Shown in pieces: positions 56,323 through 64,000 of a stretch of DNA of 64,000 nt. This DNA comes from Candidatus Gastranaerophilales bacterium (GTDB lineage: Bacteria; Cyanobacteriota; Vampirovibrionia; Gastranaerophilales; Gastranaerophilaceae), in the NCBI GenBank assembly GCA_944323335.1, contig CALUSB010000003.1:3635-67634 (forward strand), written 5' to 3'. How positions within the stretch are numbered: the first letter of the stretch is position 1; each line of letters starts with the position of its first letter. Below the pieces are notes generated by a model. That model was not told where the DNA came from, did no database searches, and saw only the letters and a list, made by a program, of their open reading frames with translations. The translations under genes and the position numbers were made by a program.

Positions 56323-57287
56323 TGAAAGAATTACCAAAAAACATAAAAATAATACAAGCGCCTCTGGCAGGGATTTCTGACATAGTTTACAGAAAACTTA
56401 TCAGAGAATTCTCAAAAGAAACTCTTCTTACAACAGAAATGCTCTCTTCTGAAGCGCTTGTTAATAACCAAAAATCTCTTATTCTAAGCTACGATAAATG
56501 TGAATACCCTCTGTCTTTCCAACTTAGCGGACATAAGCCTCACATTATGGCACGTGCTGCAAAAATCATTTGCGATAGAGCTTCAAGCATAGATTTAAAC
56601 TTTGGCTGTCCCGTAAATAAAGTTGTAAAAGGCTCTGATGGCAGCGCTATGATGAAAAATCCAAACCTTGCCACAGATATCGTAAAAGCTATAAAAGATG
56701 TAATTGATGTACCTCTAAGCGCCAAGTTTAGACTCGGCTGGAGTCTTGATGATATGAATTTTGTTGAATTTGCGCTGAAACTTGAAGAGGCGGGGGTGGA
56801 TTTTGTAACAGTACATGGACGCACGCGCTCTCAAATGTACTCAGGCCATGCCGACTGGGGAAAAATAGGGCAACTAAAAGGTGTGCTTAAAATCCCGTAT
56901 TACGCAAACGGAGATATAAAAACAATAGATGATGTTAAAAACTGCCTTAAGCAAACAGGAGCAAATGGTGTAAGTATCGGAAGAGGGTTTATGGGCGACC
57001 CGCATTTTGCCCTAAGGATTGAAAATTATTTTAAAACAGGAACTGTTGAAAACCCTCCCACACTTGAAGAAAAAATAGAAATACTTAAAAAACATGTATC
57101 GGGTGAAGTTGAATTAAGAGGCGAGAAAAACGGCATTAAGTTTATGAGGAAATTTTATAATTTCTACATATCATCCGTAAGAGACGCCTCAAAATATCGT
57201 CAGGTTTTGGTTAGAATTGATACAAAAGATGAAGTCTTTAGGGTATTAGATGAAATATTATCTCTACATCTTGCTAACTGTGGATAA
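56322..57287 (+). CDS. dusB: tRNA-dihydrouridine synthase
   Basis: 321 aa. APLAGISD, DLNFGCP, TVHGRTR. Confidence 0.85.
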   Translation: MKELPKNIKIIQAPLAGISDIVYRKLIREFSKETLLTTEMLSSEALVNNQKSLILSYDKCEYPLSFQLSGHKPHIMARAAKIICDRASSIDLNFGCPVNKVVKGSDGSAMMKNPNLATDIVKAIKDVIDVPLSAKFRLGWSLDDMNFVEFALKLEEAGVDFVTVHGRTRSQMYSGHADWGKIGQLKGVLKIPYYANGDIKTIDDVKNCLKQTGANGVSIGRGFMGDPHFALRIENYFKTGTVENPPTLEEKIEILKKHVSGEVELRGEKNGIKFMRKFYNFYISSVRDASKYRQVLVRIDTKDEVFRVLDEILSLHLANCG

Positions 57288-57495
57288 TACTTTGTACTGT
57301 GGTATTGCGCGCGACGTTGAAAAGCGTTTTATGGAGCATATGAGCGGTAAGGGGGCAAAATACACCCGCTCTCATAAACCGCTTAAAATTGTTTATACAA
57401 AAGAATTTGAAAATAAAAGCGAAGCACTTAGAGAAGAAATCCGCATAAAAAAACTTTCAAAAAAAGAAAAACAACGGCTTATTGATAACCAATAA
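57250..57495 (+). CDS. GIY-YIG domain protein (UPF0213 type)
   Basis: 81 aa. YYLYILLTVDNTLYCGIARDVEKRFMEH...GAKYT. Confidence 0.85.
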   Translation: MKYYLYILLTVDNTLYCGIARDVEKRFMEHMSGKGAKYTRSHKPLKIVYTKEFENKSEALREEIRIKKLSKKEKQRLIDNQ

Positions 57496-57509
57496 GCCGC
57501 TTTATTTTC

Positions 57510-58904
57510 TTAAAATTTCATTTCCAACTTATCTTTTTTTGACATGATGTTTTCCATGGCTTCTTCTTGTACTTGTTCTATATCAATTCCGATGCCGAAG
57601 AAATCCCTGAATTGCTCAATTATATTTAAAACTTTTGATTTTATATTACCCGAAACAAGTGAAATGTCACCGGTTGCAATTTCTGATTCAATCTTACTTT
57701 TGATTTTTGCCTTAGCATCTTTTACTTCAGCGTCACTTGCCTTACGCATTTTTATTTCTTCTTCTACGCCGCCTTCCTTGGCTTCTTTGCGTTCGGTTTT
57801 TCCACCTATACTTTTTGTTTCCGTGCCTTTGTACACTTCTTTATTGCCATCAGGTGCTATTGTAGTAATTTCAATATCATACCTGCTTTGATTTACAGTG
57901 TTTGTTTTTCTGTAATTTGAATAATGTGTGCGCTCTACAGTGCCGTCTTGGTCATATCTTACAGTTTTGCTGCCATCTAAGACACCGTTTTTATCGTAGC
58001 TATTTTTTCCTTTTAGAACTACGTTGCCTTGCTCATTTTTTCTTTCAAATTCTTTTACCTTGTCGTTTTTGTTTAAAGTCTGCTCTTCTGTGAAATTCCT
58101 TTCGTTACCATTAGCATCTCTGCTTATAATTTTAAGACTTCTTGTTTTTGTTCCGTCTTTTTGTATTTGATAATTGTCGTAAATAAATTCTTTGGTAGAA
58201 CCGTCAGAACTTACGGCAACTTTTGATTTTAAATTATTATTTTTATCATATTTATATTCTGTTTTTTTAACCAGAGTGTCTTCGCCCTCGCCCGTTGTAA
58301 CAACTTTTACAATCGGTTTTGAAGTTTTCGGGTCATATTCTATTGTTTTTAAAGTGGGTACGCCATCATTTGATGATTTTATGGTTTTTGCCACTTTTTT
58401 GCCATTATCATATTTAAGCTCTGTAACAACCTGATTATCTCCTTTGCCGGAAGTTACTGTTTTAGAAGTTTTTTCACCTGCTTTATAGTCAATAGTTGTT
58501 GTAACTTTATTTTCACCCTTACCGGTTGCTATTTCTTTTTGCACTACCTTGCCGTTTTTATTAACGGTTTGAACAACTTGTTTTCCATTGGGGTAAGTTT
58601 TGATAATCTGGTTGCCTTTTGCTTTTACTTTTACATTTGAATTATTTTTCGCAGCACGCTCTTTAATCTGTTGTGCTTTCTTCTTTGCTTCTGCTTTTGC
58701 TTCTTTTTGAGCTTTAGCTTTTGCTTGTTTTTGCGCCTCTGCCCTAGCAGCCTCTGCCTTTGCCTGTTTTTGTGCTTGTGCTTTCTTGTTGGCCTTTGCC
58801 TTTGCCTGTTTTTGTGCCTGAACTCTCTTTTGTTCATCCGCCTTTTTAGCTTTGTTTGCTTTGTTAGCTTTTTTTGCACTCAGTGCACCAATCTTTGCCA
58901 TCAT
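57510..58904 (-). CDS. Lys/Ala-rich N-terminal domain fused to YD-like beta-hairpin repeat protein
   Basis: 464 aa. The first ~85 aa is an AKKANKANKAKK...QKQAKAKA repeat. It is followed by ~20-aa repeats with YKYDKNNNL, SYDKNGVL and RYDQDGTV. Confidence 0.65.
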   Translation of the reverse strand: MMAKIGALSAKKANKANKAKKADEQKRVQAQKQAKAKANKKAQAQKQAKAEAARAEAQKQAKAKAQKEAKAEAKKKAQQIKERAAKNNSNVKVKAKGNQIIKTYPNGKQVVQTVNKNGKVVQKEIATGKGENKVTTTIDYKAGEKTSKTVTSGKGDNQVVTELKYDNGKKVAKTIKSSNDGVPTLKTIEYDPKTSKPIVKVVTTGEGEDTLVKKTEYKYDKNNNLKSKVAVSSDGSTKEFIYDNYQIQKDGTKTRSLKIISRDANGNERNFTEEQTLNKNDKVKEFERKNEQGNVVLKGKNSYDKNGVLDGSKTVRYDQDGTVERTHYSNYRKTNTVNQSRYDIEITTIAPDGNKEVYKGTETKSIGGKTERKEAKEGGVEEEIKMRKASDAEVKDAKAKIKSKIESEIATGDISLVSGNIKSKVLNIIEQFRDFFGIGIDIEQVQEEAMENIMSKKDKLEMKF

Positions 58905-59053
58905 CTACTCCTTATATATAAATCAGATAAGTATATATACGGACGATATTTGAATATATTTATATTTAAAAAGCAAAAATTTACAAAAGTACATAAAAAA
59001 AAGGGAGTTTAACAAAACCCCCATTTCCCCATTAAAAATCTTTTCCAATAAGA

Positions 59054-59077
59054 TTGTATCATAAATAAATGATACAA
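59054..59077 (-). terminator. Weak AT-rich hairpin downstream of cobO
   Basis: TTGTATCAT-AAATAA-ATGATACAA perfect 9-bp stem, with only a partial U-run on the minus strand. Confidence 0.3.
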
Positions 59078-59093
59078 CAAGTCTTAGCTATTC

Positions 59094-59666
59094 TTAATAT
59101 TCAATACCTCTTCTTGCCATAACTCCGATATCAAAATAGTGCTTAACAGGCTGCATCTCAGTCACAAGATGAGCCATTGCAATAAGCTCTTGGTGTGCTC
59201 TTCTTCCCGTTAAAACTATTTCAAGATTTTTAGGTTTATTTAGAAGTGTATTTTTTACATCTTGAACCTTAATCATACCCATATCAATACAGATATTAAT
59301 TTCATCAAGTATAACAAGTCCGTACTTGCCGCTCATGATAGCTTCTTTAGCGCATTCCCAACCTTTTTTTGCTTCTTTGTAATCATCAATATTCATGTTG
59401 TGCGAATAGCAAACTCTATCGAGCCCAAACTGTTTAACTTCAAGATTGTCGCTAAAGCGGTGAGAAGAAGCAATTTCTCCGTAAGTTGTACCTTGGTCAC
59501 CTTTAGCAAACTGTATAATCATAACTTTCCAGCCATGACCCAATGCTCTCAGTGCCAGACCCAAAGATGCCGTTGTCTTACCTTTGCCGTCTCCAGTGTA
59601 AATTTGAATGTAACCGTTTTCTAACAATTCTGCCTCCACAAGGTCGTCTGACCTTACCGCAATCAC
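59094..59666 (-). CDS. cobO: Cob(I)yrinic acid a,c-diamide adenosyltransferase (CobO/BtuR)
   Basis: 190 aa (GTG start, uncertain). IQIYTGDGKGKTTASLGLALRALGHGWKVMIIQFAKG, LVILDEI. Confidence 0.9.
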   Translation of the reverse strand: MIAVRSDDLVEAELLENGYIQIYTGDGKGKTTASLGLALRALGHGWKVMIIQFAKGDQGTTYGEIASSHRFSDNLEVKQFGLDRVCYSHNMNIDDYKEAKKGWECAKEAIMSGKYGLVILDEINICIDMGMIKVQDVKNTLLNKPKNLEIVLTGRRAHQELIAMAHLVTEMQPVKHYFDIGVMARRGIEY

Positions 59667-59971
59667 CTAAACCGAAGTTTTTTTTAATGTTTTAAGTACA
59701 CTTATATAGTAAAACAAAACTTACACTTTAGGCAACGGATAAATTCATTTTTCCCCTTTTGTTATACATTTTACACTTGTAGAAGTTGTGTTTCATCGTA
59801 TTTTTAAAGGATTTTAAAAAATACAACAAAATTAACATAAATAATTCTTCATTAATCTTAAAAAAGACTTGAAATAGTTGCCATTGGCTAATATTACCAA
59901 ACTTACAAAAAATAAATTAACTCACTTTTGTAAAGCAGATAACACCCGCCCGCATGCTAAAAACCCATGCT

Positions 59972-60946
59972 CTAATACGGAAGAGCAAAAATATTCATAG
60001 ATAGCGGTCGAGATTGTCTTACAAGGCAAAATGCGCCGTCATCAGTGCAGAGTGAATGCGGCTCATAACCAAGAGCTTTGCATTGAGTTCTTGTTAAGAC
60101 ATTGTTTCTTGCTATACAATCAGCTTGAGCAAAACTTATTTCTGCCATACTTTTATCATTTATTCTTAAAATTTCGGTTATCCTATCATCCGCCCTGTAT
60201 TCGCCTGAATCTACCTCAGCTTCGGTTACTTTTCTTGAGCGATATACGGTATATGCAAAAGGATAATCCTCGTTAATAAATTTAGTTGTTTCACTGCCGC
60301 AAGACGGGTGTTTTTTAAATGTCGGATTCTGAAAAGTTTCACCCGAGCATGCACTTGGTGTTGAAGAAGGCACAATATCACTGCAAGTACCGGGGACTAC
60401 CTCTCCTGTTTGCAGAAGTTTTAGAGGGAACTGGTCTTTTCCAACCTTATTTTCCCCGTCATCTCCGTCTATATCAATCATAATATCCTTCATGCCGACA
60501 GCAACCGTAGCACACTGACCGACATTTGACGCAGTACCTCTATATGTTGATGTAAAATCTTTTTCAAGTCCTGAATATGAAATCATATTTGAAGTTTGAA
60601 AATTGGGCTTGCCTGTTTTACCTCTGCCGTTTGCAGGGGCAGTTGCAACAGTTTTTACACATTTATAGTTACCGATAAGACTTAATGCCTCAGCCATCTG
60701 TACACATGTTTTGTTTGAATTGGCTTCAGGTGAGCTAATTAAATCATCGGGAAGGTTTTTAACCAAGTTGTCGCTCAAAACAAACTTGGCCGCATCATTA
60801 AGGTTTTTAACCGAAGCATAAGCAAAAGGCAAAACTCTGATTTTTTTAGGCTTTATATTTTGTATTGAAAGTGTCATAAGTATTGACAAAACAAGCATGG
60901 CAACAACAAGCTCTGCCATGGTCCAAGCATTTTTATAAATTTTCAT
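59972..60946 (-). CDS. Prepilin-type (type IV pilin/pseudopilin-like) protein with large Cys-rich globular domain
   Basis: 324 aa. N-terminus MKIYKNAWTMAELVVAMLVLSILMTL has an A/W-T-M-A-E variant of the G/F-T-L-I-E processing motif, followed by a hydrophobic helix. Eleven Cys in the remainder. Confidence 0.6.
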   Translation of the reverse strand: MKIYKNAWTMAELVVAMLVLSILMTLSIQNIKPKKIRVLPFAYASVKNLNDAAKFVLSDNLVKNLPDDLISSPEANSNKTCVQMAEALSLIGNYKCVKTVATAPANGRGKTGKPNFQTSNMISYSGLEKDFTSTYRGTASNVGQCATVAVGMKDIMIDIDGDDGENKVGKDQFPLKLLQTGEVVPGTCSDIVPSSTPSACSGETFQNPTFKKHPSCGSETTKFINEDYPFAYTVYRSRKVTEAEVDSGEYRADDRITEILRINDKSMAEISFAQADCIARNNVLTRTQCKALGYEPHSLCTDDGAFCLVRQSRPLSMNIFALPY

Positions 60947-60947
60947 A

Positions 60948-61904
60948 CTAATTCCTTTTTGTGTACTTCAGACAATCCTGATATGTATCAAAACAGAGTA
61001 TATCACTAATTTTTAGCTTGCTACATCCTACATCTAATTTAGACGGGTTTTTAACCGCACAAATTTTTATATTATTCTCAAGCGCCCCCAGTACCGCTTT
61101 AGAACCCATTGCACAATCAGGTACTACTAAATATTCAATATCGCAAACGCTTAAACCCTCGTCGTAAGAAAAACTTGGAGCATATTCAAGCCCCTCAAGT
61201 ACACAAGGCAGATAAGTAGATGAAATACACTCTGAGGCAACTTTTGGGTTTTCAATTTTCTTAGATATTTCTATATCAAAAAACGCTGGCGAGTGGGCGC
61301 AGGGAATATTTAACTCTTTTACAACAAGATGAGAAATAACAGCCTCAACCCCGCCTATAGGGTCAATTCCAATACCATTTGAATAATCAACATCATCAGC
61401 ATCCTCACCAAAATAACAAACAAGCGCTATAGCATTAGCTCCGCTTGAAATAAGACTTTTTGCAGCCTCAAGAAGTGTATTTGGATTTTTTATTTTACCT
61501 GAAGAAATGTTATTTGCAATAAAAAACTCTACCCCGACAGGTTCTTTTGTTTTTATCGGCTCTAAAATATCAAGTCCTTTAACAATTTTAAGCGCGCTAA
61601 TTGTATTAATATGCACATTTAAAACATCTTGAGGAATAGAACAGTCAAAAAGCACACCCAGCTTGTTTTGTTTTAAAGTTTCTTTTAATCTTATTTTTCC
61701 GCATAAAAACTCATCAAAAGCATACCCTTCAACATAGAGGATATTTTTATTTATTGCACTGAAAATACCGCCATTTACCGCATTAGGGTTAGCTATTACT
61801 TTAAAATATTTTGAATACTCTCTTACAATGTAACCAATATCACCTGCGTATCCGCCAATTTGAGCACCAATTCCCGTCGGCAGGGAAAAAGCAATATATT
61901 TCAT
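60948..61904 (-). CDS. Conserved hypothetical protein (DUF3326-like, from memory)
   Basis: 318 aa. MKYIAFSLPTGIGAQIGGYAGDIG N-terminus as I recall for DUF3326. Located 1 nt upstream of the pilin-like gene and overlapping holB by 4 nt. Confidence 0.55.
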   Translation of the reverse strand: MKYIAFSLPTGIGAQIGGYAGDIGYIVREYSKYFKVIANPNAVNGGIFSAINKNILYVEGYAFDEFLCGKIRLKETLKQNKLGVLFDCSIPQDVLNVHINTISALKIVKGLDILEPIKTKEPVGVEFFIANNISSGKIKNPNTLLEAAKSLISSGANAIALVCYFGEDADDVDYSNGIGIDPIGGVEAVISHLVVKELNIPCAHSPAFFDIEISKKIENPKVASECISSTYLPCVLEGLEYAPSFSYDEGLSVCDIEYLVVPDCAMGSKAVLGALENNIKICAVKNPSKLDVGCSKLKISDILCFDTYQDCLKYTKRN

Positions 61905-62848
61905 CTTGCACCGCCTGACATTTTAAGAAGCAAAGTGTCAAATACAACCCTATCTGACATAGAGGATAGAATCTGCTTTTTTGCCTCGCTTACAAAGTTA
62001 ATATCCCTGTTTAACTTTTTTAAATAAGCATAATCTGTATTTTGTTTTATCTCGTTACTTAGATAAGCAAGCAAGCTATCAAGCGCCTTAGATGATGGAA
62101 TTTGCGAGTCTTTTATATAATTTTGCAAATTTTCACTTATTAAAAATGCACCCTCAAGGTTTATATTCGGGTAAGAAGAAAAAATCTGTGCAACAAAAGA
62201 AAAATCCTCTTTTTTTTGTCTTGTAGGGAGTTTAAAGCACTGTGAGCGAGAAACAATAGTATTTATTAAATCCGAGCGATTTTTTGTTAAAAATACAAAT
62301 GTCGTTCTCTCGGGAGGTTCTTCAACGCTTTTTAAAAGAATATTAGGTGTTGTTGGGTTAAATGTCTTTTGGTTTATATGCCCCAAGCTCCATTCTTCTT
62401 CAAAAATATTGTAGCCCTCAGGTGAGTATTTTTGAATTGATTCGTTTGAAATATCATCCGGGGCGGTCGGCTTTGCATCAAAAAATATAAAAAACCTGTG
62501 ATAGTCCGATGTTTCTCTTAAGGATTTTTCAATATTTTTAGCTTGAATAGCAGAAATAACTGTCTTTGAATCATCATCAGAACTTTTAAAATGCAATTGA
62601 GAAACAAAATTTATCGCAGGGTGTTTGCCCTCTCTTATCCACTTGCAGTTAAGACACTGACAGTTAGTGTCTCCATCCTCAAGACAATTTAGCACTCGAG
62701 CAAGCTCAAGCGAGTAAAAAAGCTGAGCATAAGGGTCAAGTCCTTCAAAAACAAGAGACTGAGGAAAGCGATTTTTCTCAAGTTCAAAAAGAGCGTAAAA
62801 GTATTTTGTTATAAAAGGAAACTCGTGCGATAAGTTTTCTGCTAACAT
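61901..62848 (-). CDS. holB: DNA polymerase III delta-prime subunit
   Basis: 315 aa with a degenerate P-loop (LVFEGLDPYAQ). Zn-module-like CQCLNCKWIREGKHP, SRSQCFKL (SRC-like). Confidence 0.75.
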   Translation of the reverse strand: MLAENLSHEFPFITKYFYALFELEKNRFPQSLVFEGLDPYAQLFYSLELARVLNCLEDGDTNCQCLNCKWIREGKHPAINFVSQLHFKSSDDDSKTVISAIQAKNIEKSLRETSDYHRFFIFFDAKPTAPDDISNESIQKYSPEGYNIFEEEWSLGHINQKTFNPTTPNILLKSVEEPPERTTFVFLTKNRSDLINTIVSRSQCFKLPTRQKKEDFSFVAQIFSSYPNINLEGAFLISENLQNYIKDSQIPSSKALDSLLAYLSNEIKQNTDYAYLKKLNRDINFVSEAKKQILSSMSDRVVFDTLLLKMSGGAR

Positions 62849-63828
62849 TTAAGTTCCTCCGTAAACATTTTACAAAATGCACCCATAGGGTCGATTTGAC
62901 CTGTTTTTAGCATATACTCTACTTGGGTTAAATTAAGTTTTAATCTTAAAAGCTCTGCCACGTCCGTTTTTTTGAGCTTTTCAAGATTTTTCTTTACAAC
63001 AAACTCATGCTGGCCTGTTTTTCTTGAAATATCAAGAGAAGAGTAGGAGCTTGAGTAAACTTTTGTTTTTAAAAGGTTTGTAATGCTTGTTTGCAAAAAA
63101 CCTAAAATCTCAAGATAGTGTGATTTTTGAAGGATTTTTGAAATCTGCTCAAGCGCCAGTATGTAGTCTTTTTTAAGTATTAAATCAGGAATAGAGAAAA
63201 TATCTTCCCCTAAAAGACACACCTCTTTTAGCATATCGGGAGTAATTTTTTTGTCGGGATAGGCGTATAGCTTGAGCTTTTCTAACTGCATATCCAAATC
63301 ACGTATGTTTGTTCCGCAGTATTGAATTAAAAGTGTTGCTAAATCGCCCTGAAGCGTTATATCTTTTTCTTTTGCCAGCTCTTTTACGATAGGCGCAACT
63401 TTATAGTCCTCATAAGCCTTATATGCAGGGAATTCTTTTATCTTAGCACTTTGCGCCAAGGCTTTGTAGATTTTTTTTCTGCTGTCGGGTTTTTTCTTAT
63501 CCCCGCGTTCAACAGGACACAGAAGTACAACATGCACCCCTTGAGCTATATTTTTAAAGGACTCGCAAAGCATAGCGACCTGAGCGTCATCAAGCTTGAT
63601 TTTGCCTTTTGTTTCAAGGAAGTATTTGTCTGCTTTTATAATATAGAGAATATCCCCAAAAAACATTGATGATGTTCTTAACGCCTCATCAAAAGCAGAA
63701 AAATCAGGGTTATCCAAAACCCTATAATTAAGAGCGTCAAAGCTCTCCCCTAAGATTTTTTTCTTGAGAGCTTTGACTTCTTTTTCAATTAAATAATCCT
63801 CTTCACCCCAGAAAAAATATAAGGGCAT
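62842..63828 (-). CDS. holA: DNA polymerase III delta subunit
   Basis: 328 aa. MPLYFFWGEEDYLIEKEV start, and length and layout typical of HolA. Overlaps holB by 7 nt. Confidence 0.8.
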   Translation of the reverse strand: MPLYFFWGEEDYLIEKEVKALKKKILGESFDALNYRVLDNPDFSAFDEALRTSSMFFGDILYIIKADKYFLETKGKIKLDDAQVAMLCESFKNIAQGVHVVLLCPVERGDKKKPDSRKKIYKALAQSAKIKEFPAYKAYEDYKVAPIVKELAKEKDITLQGDLATLLIQYCGTNIRDLDMQLEKLKLYAYPDKKITPDMLKEVCLLGEDIFSIPDLILKKDYILALEQISKILQKSHYLEILGFLQTSITNLLKTKVYSSSYSSLDISRKTGQHEFVVKKNLEKLKKTDVAELLRLKLNLTQVEYMLKTGQIDPMGAFCKMFTEELKC

Positions 63829-63838
63829 AAGATTTCCT

Positions 63839-64000
63839 TTAGCTTTCTATTAAAAGACTTGCGCCGATAACACCTGCAGTGTTTCCAAGCTGCGCTTTAA
63901 CAACCTCAACACTTGCCGCTTGAATAGGCATGGCACGACGCGCAATTGTATCTTTAATCGGGTCAAAAAGTATATCGCCGGCATCTGCTACACCGCCGCC
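63839..64000 (-). CDS. 3' end of a ROK-family sugar kinase/regulator gene (5' part outside the window)
   Basis: My minus-strand translation is GGGVADAGDILFDPIKDTIARRAMPIQAASVEVVKAQLGNTAGVIGASLLIES*. GGGV..AGD and LGN.AG.IGA are ROK C-terminal hallmarks. Confidence 0.5.
   Translation of the reverse strand, partial: GGGVADAGDILFDPIKDTIARRAMPIQAASVEVVKAQLGNTAGVIGASLLIES

Noticed and set aside
58650-58880. Repetitive GCTTTTGC/GCCTTTGCC DNA that looks like a tandem repeat array
   Set aside because: It is the coding sequence (minus strand) of the Lys/Ala-rich repeat of the 464-aa protein. The periodicity is imperfect and there are no spacers, so it is not a CRISPR or satellite array.
59667-59971. 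305-nt gap upstream of cobO as a possible cobalamin riboswitch
   Set aside because: It is AT-rich with no B12-box-like GCCACTG element and no extended GC-rich pairing on the minus strand. It is more likely just a promoter region plus the weak 3' hairpin of the pilin-like gene.
1-64000. Search for tRNA/rRNA genes, CRISPR repeats, IS elements, integrases, toxin-antitoxin pairs and known defence-system genes
   Set aside because: No T-loop-like GGTTCGAAT motifs in intergenic DNA. No regularly spaced direct repeats. No transposase, recombinase or nuclease/helicase defence signatures among the translated ORFs.

Overview
AT-rich, very gene-dense bacterial chromosomal segment. I can support about 60 protein-coding genes, a few intrinsic terminators and two operator/promoter sites. 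I see no rRNA, tRNA, CRISPR array, transposase, integrase or phage genes. From about 11.4 kb to the end the content is mostly housekeeping: lexA-umuC, rpsO, serS, pheT, rqcH, nadD-yqeK, deoC, ctpA, recG, glyS, nusB-ftsY, recN-nadK-yajQ-rpsU-rseP, ribH, a group-2-like sigma factor, bioG-bioC, dus, cobO and holB-holA. These are interspersed with lineage-specific hypothetical envelope proteins. Several traits fit a non-photosynthetic cyanobacterial relative (Melainabacteria/Vampirovibrionia-like): a GTAC-N4-GTAC LexA box, a long NusB, a Ctp protease, a CHASE2 cyclase, a DUF3326-like gene and low GC. That placement is inference only. The accessory-looking part is the first 11.3 kb. Two convergent, translationally coupled operons (1-6164) encode three paralogous divergent AAA+ proteins interleaved with small membrane proteins. 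One paralogue has a dead P-loop and a TM anchor, and one is fused to a Gly/Ala-rich DUF697/EcsC-like segment. A fourth AAA+ gene sits at 9833-11317. These proteins share an N-terminal module that is not a signal peptide, and it recurs on an orphan protein at 42.5-43.4 kb. This is my best candidate for an undescribed system. Between the AAA+ genes lies an ArsR-regulated CoADR-rhodanese-TusA-DsrE module of persulfide-handling type, with a perfect palindromic operator. Other items worth a second look are a ~600-nt ORF-free region upstream of the sigma gene (with a minus-strand terminator just upstream of ribH), an anti-sigma-like zf-HC2/TonB-C membrane protein, a Lys/Ala-rich plus YD-like-repeat protein, and an orphan Cys-rich pilin-like gene. 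All family assignments come from motif recognition by eye; no searches were run.
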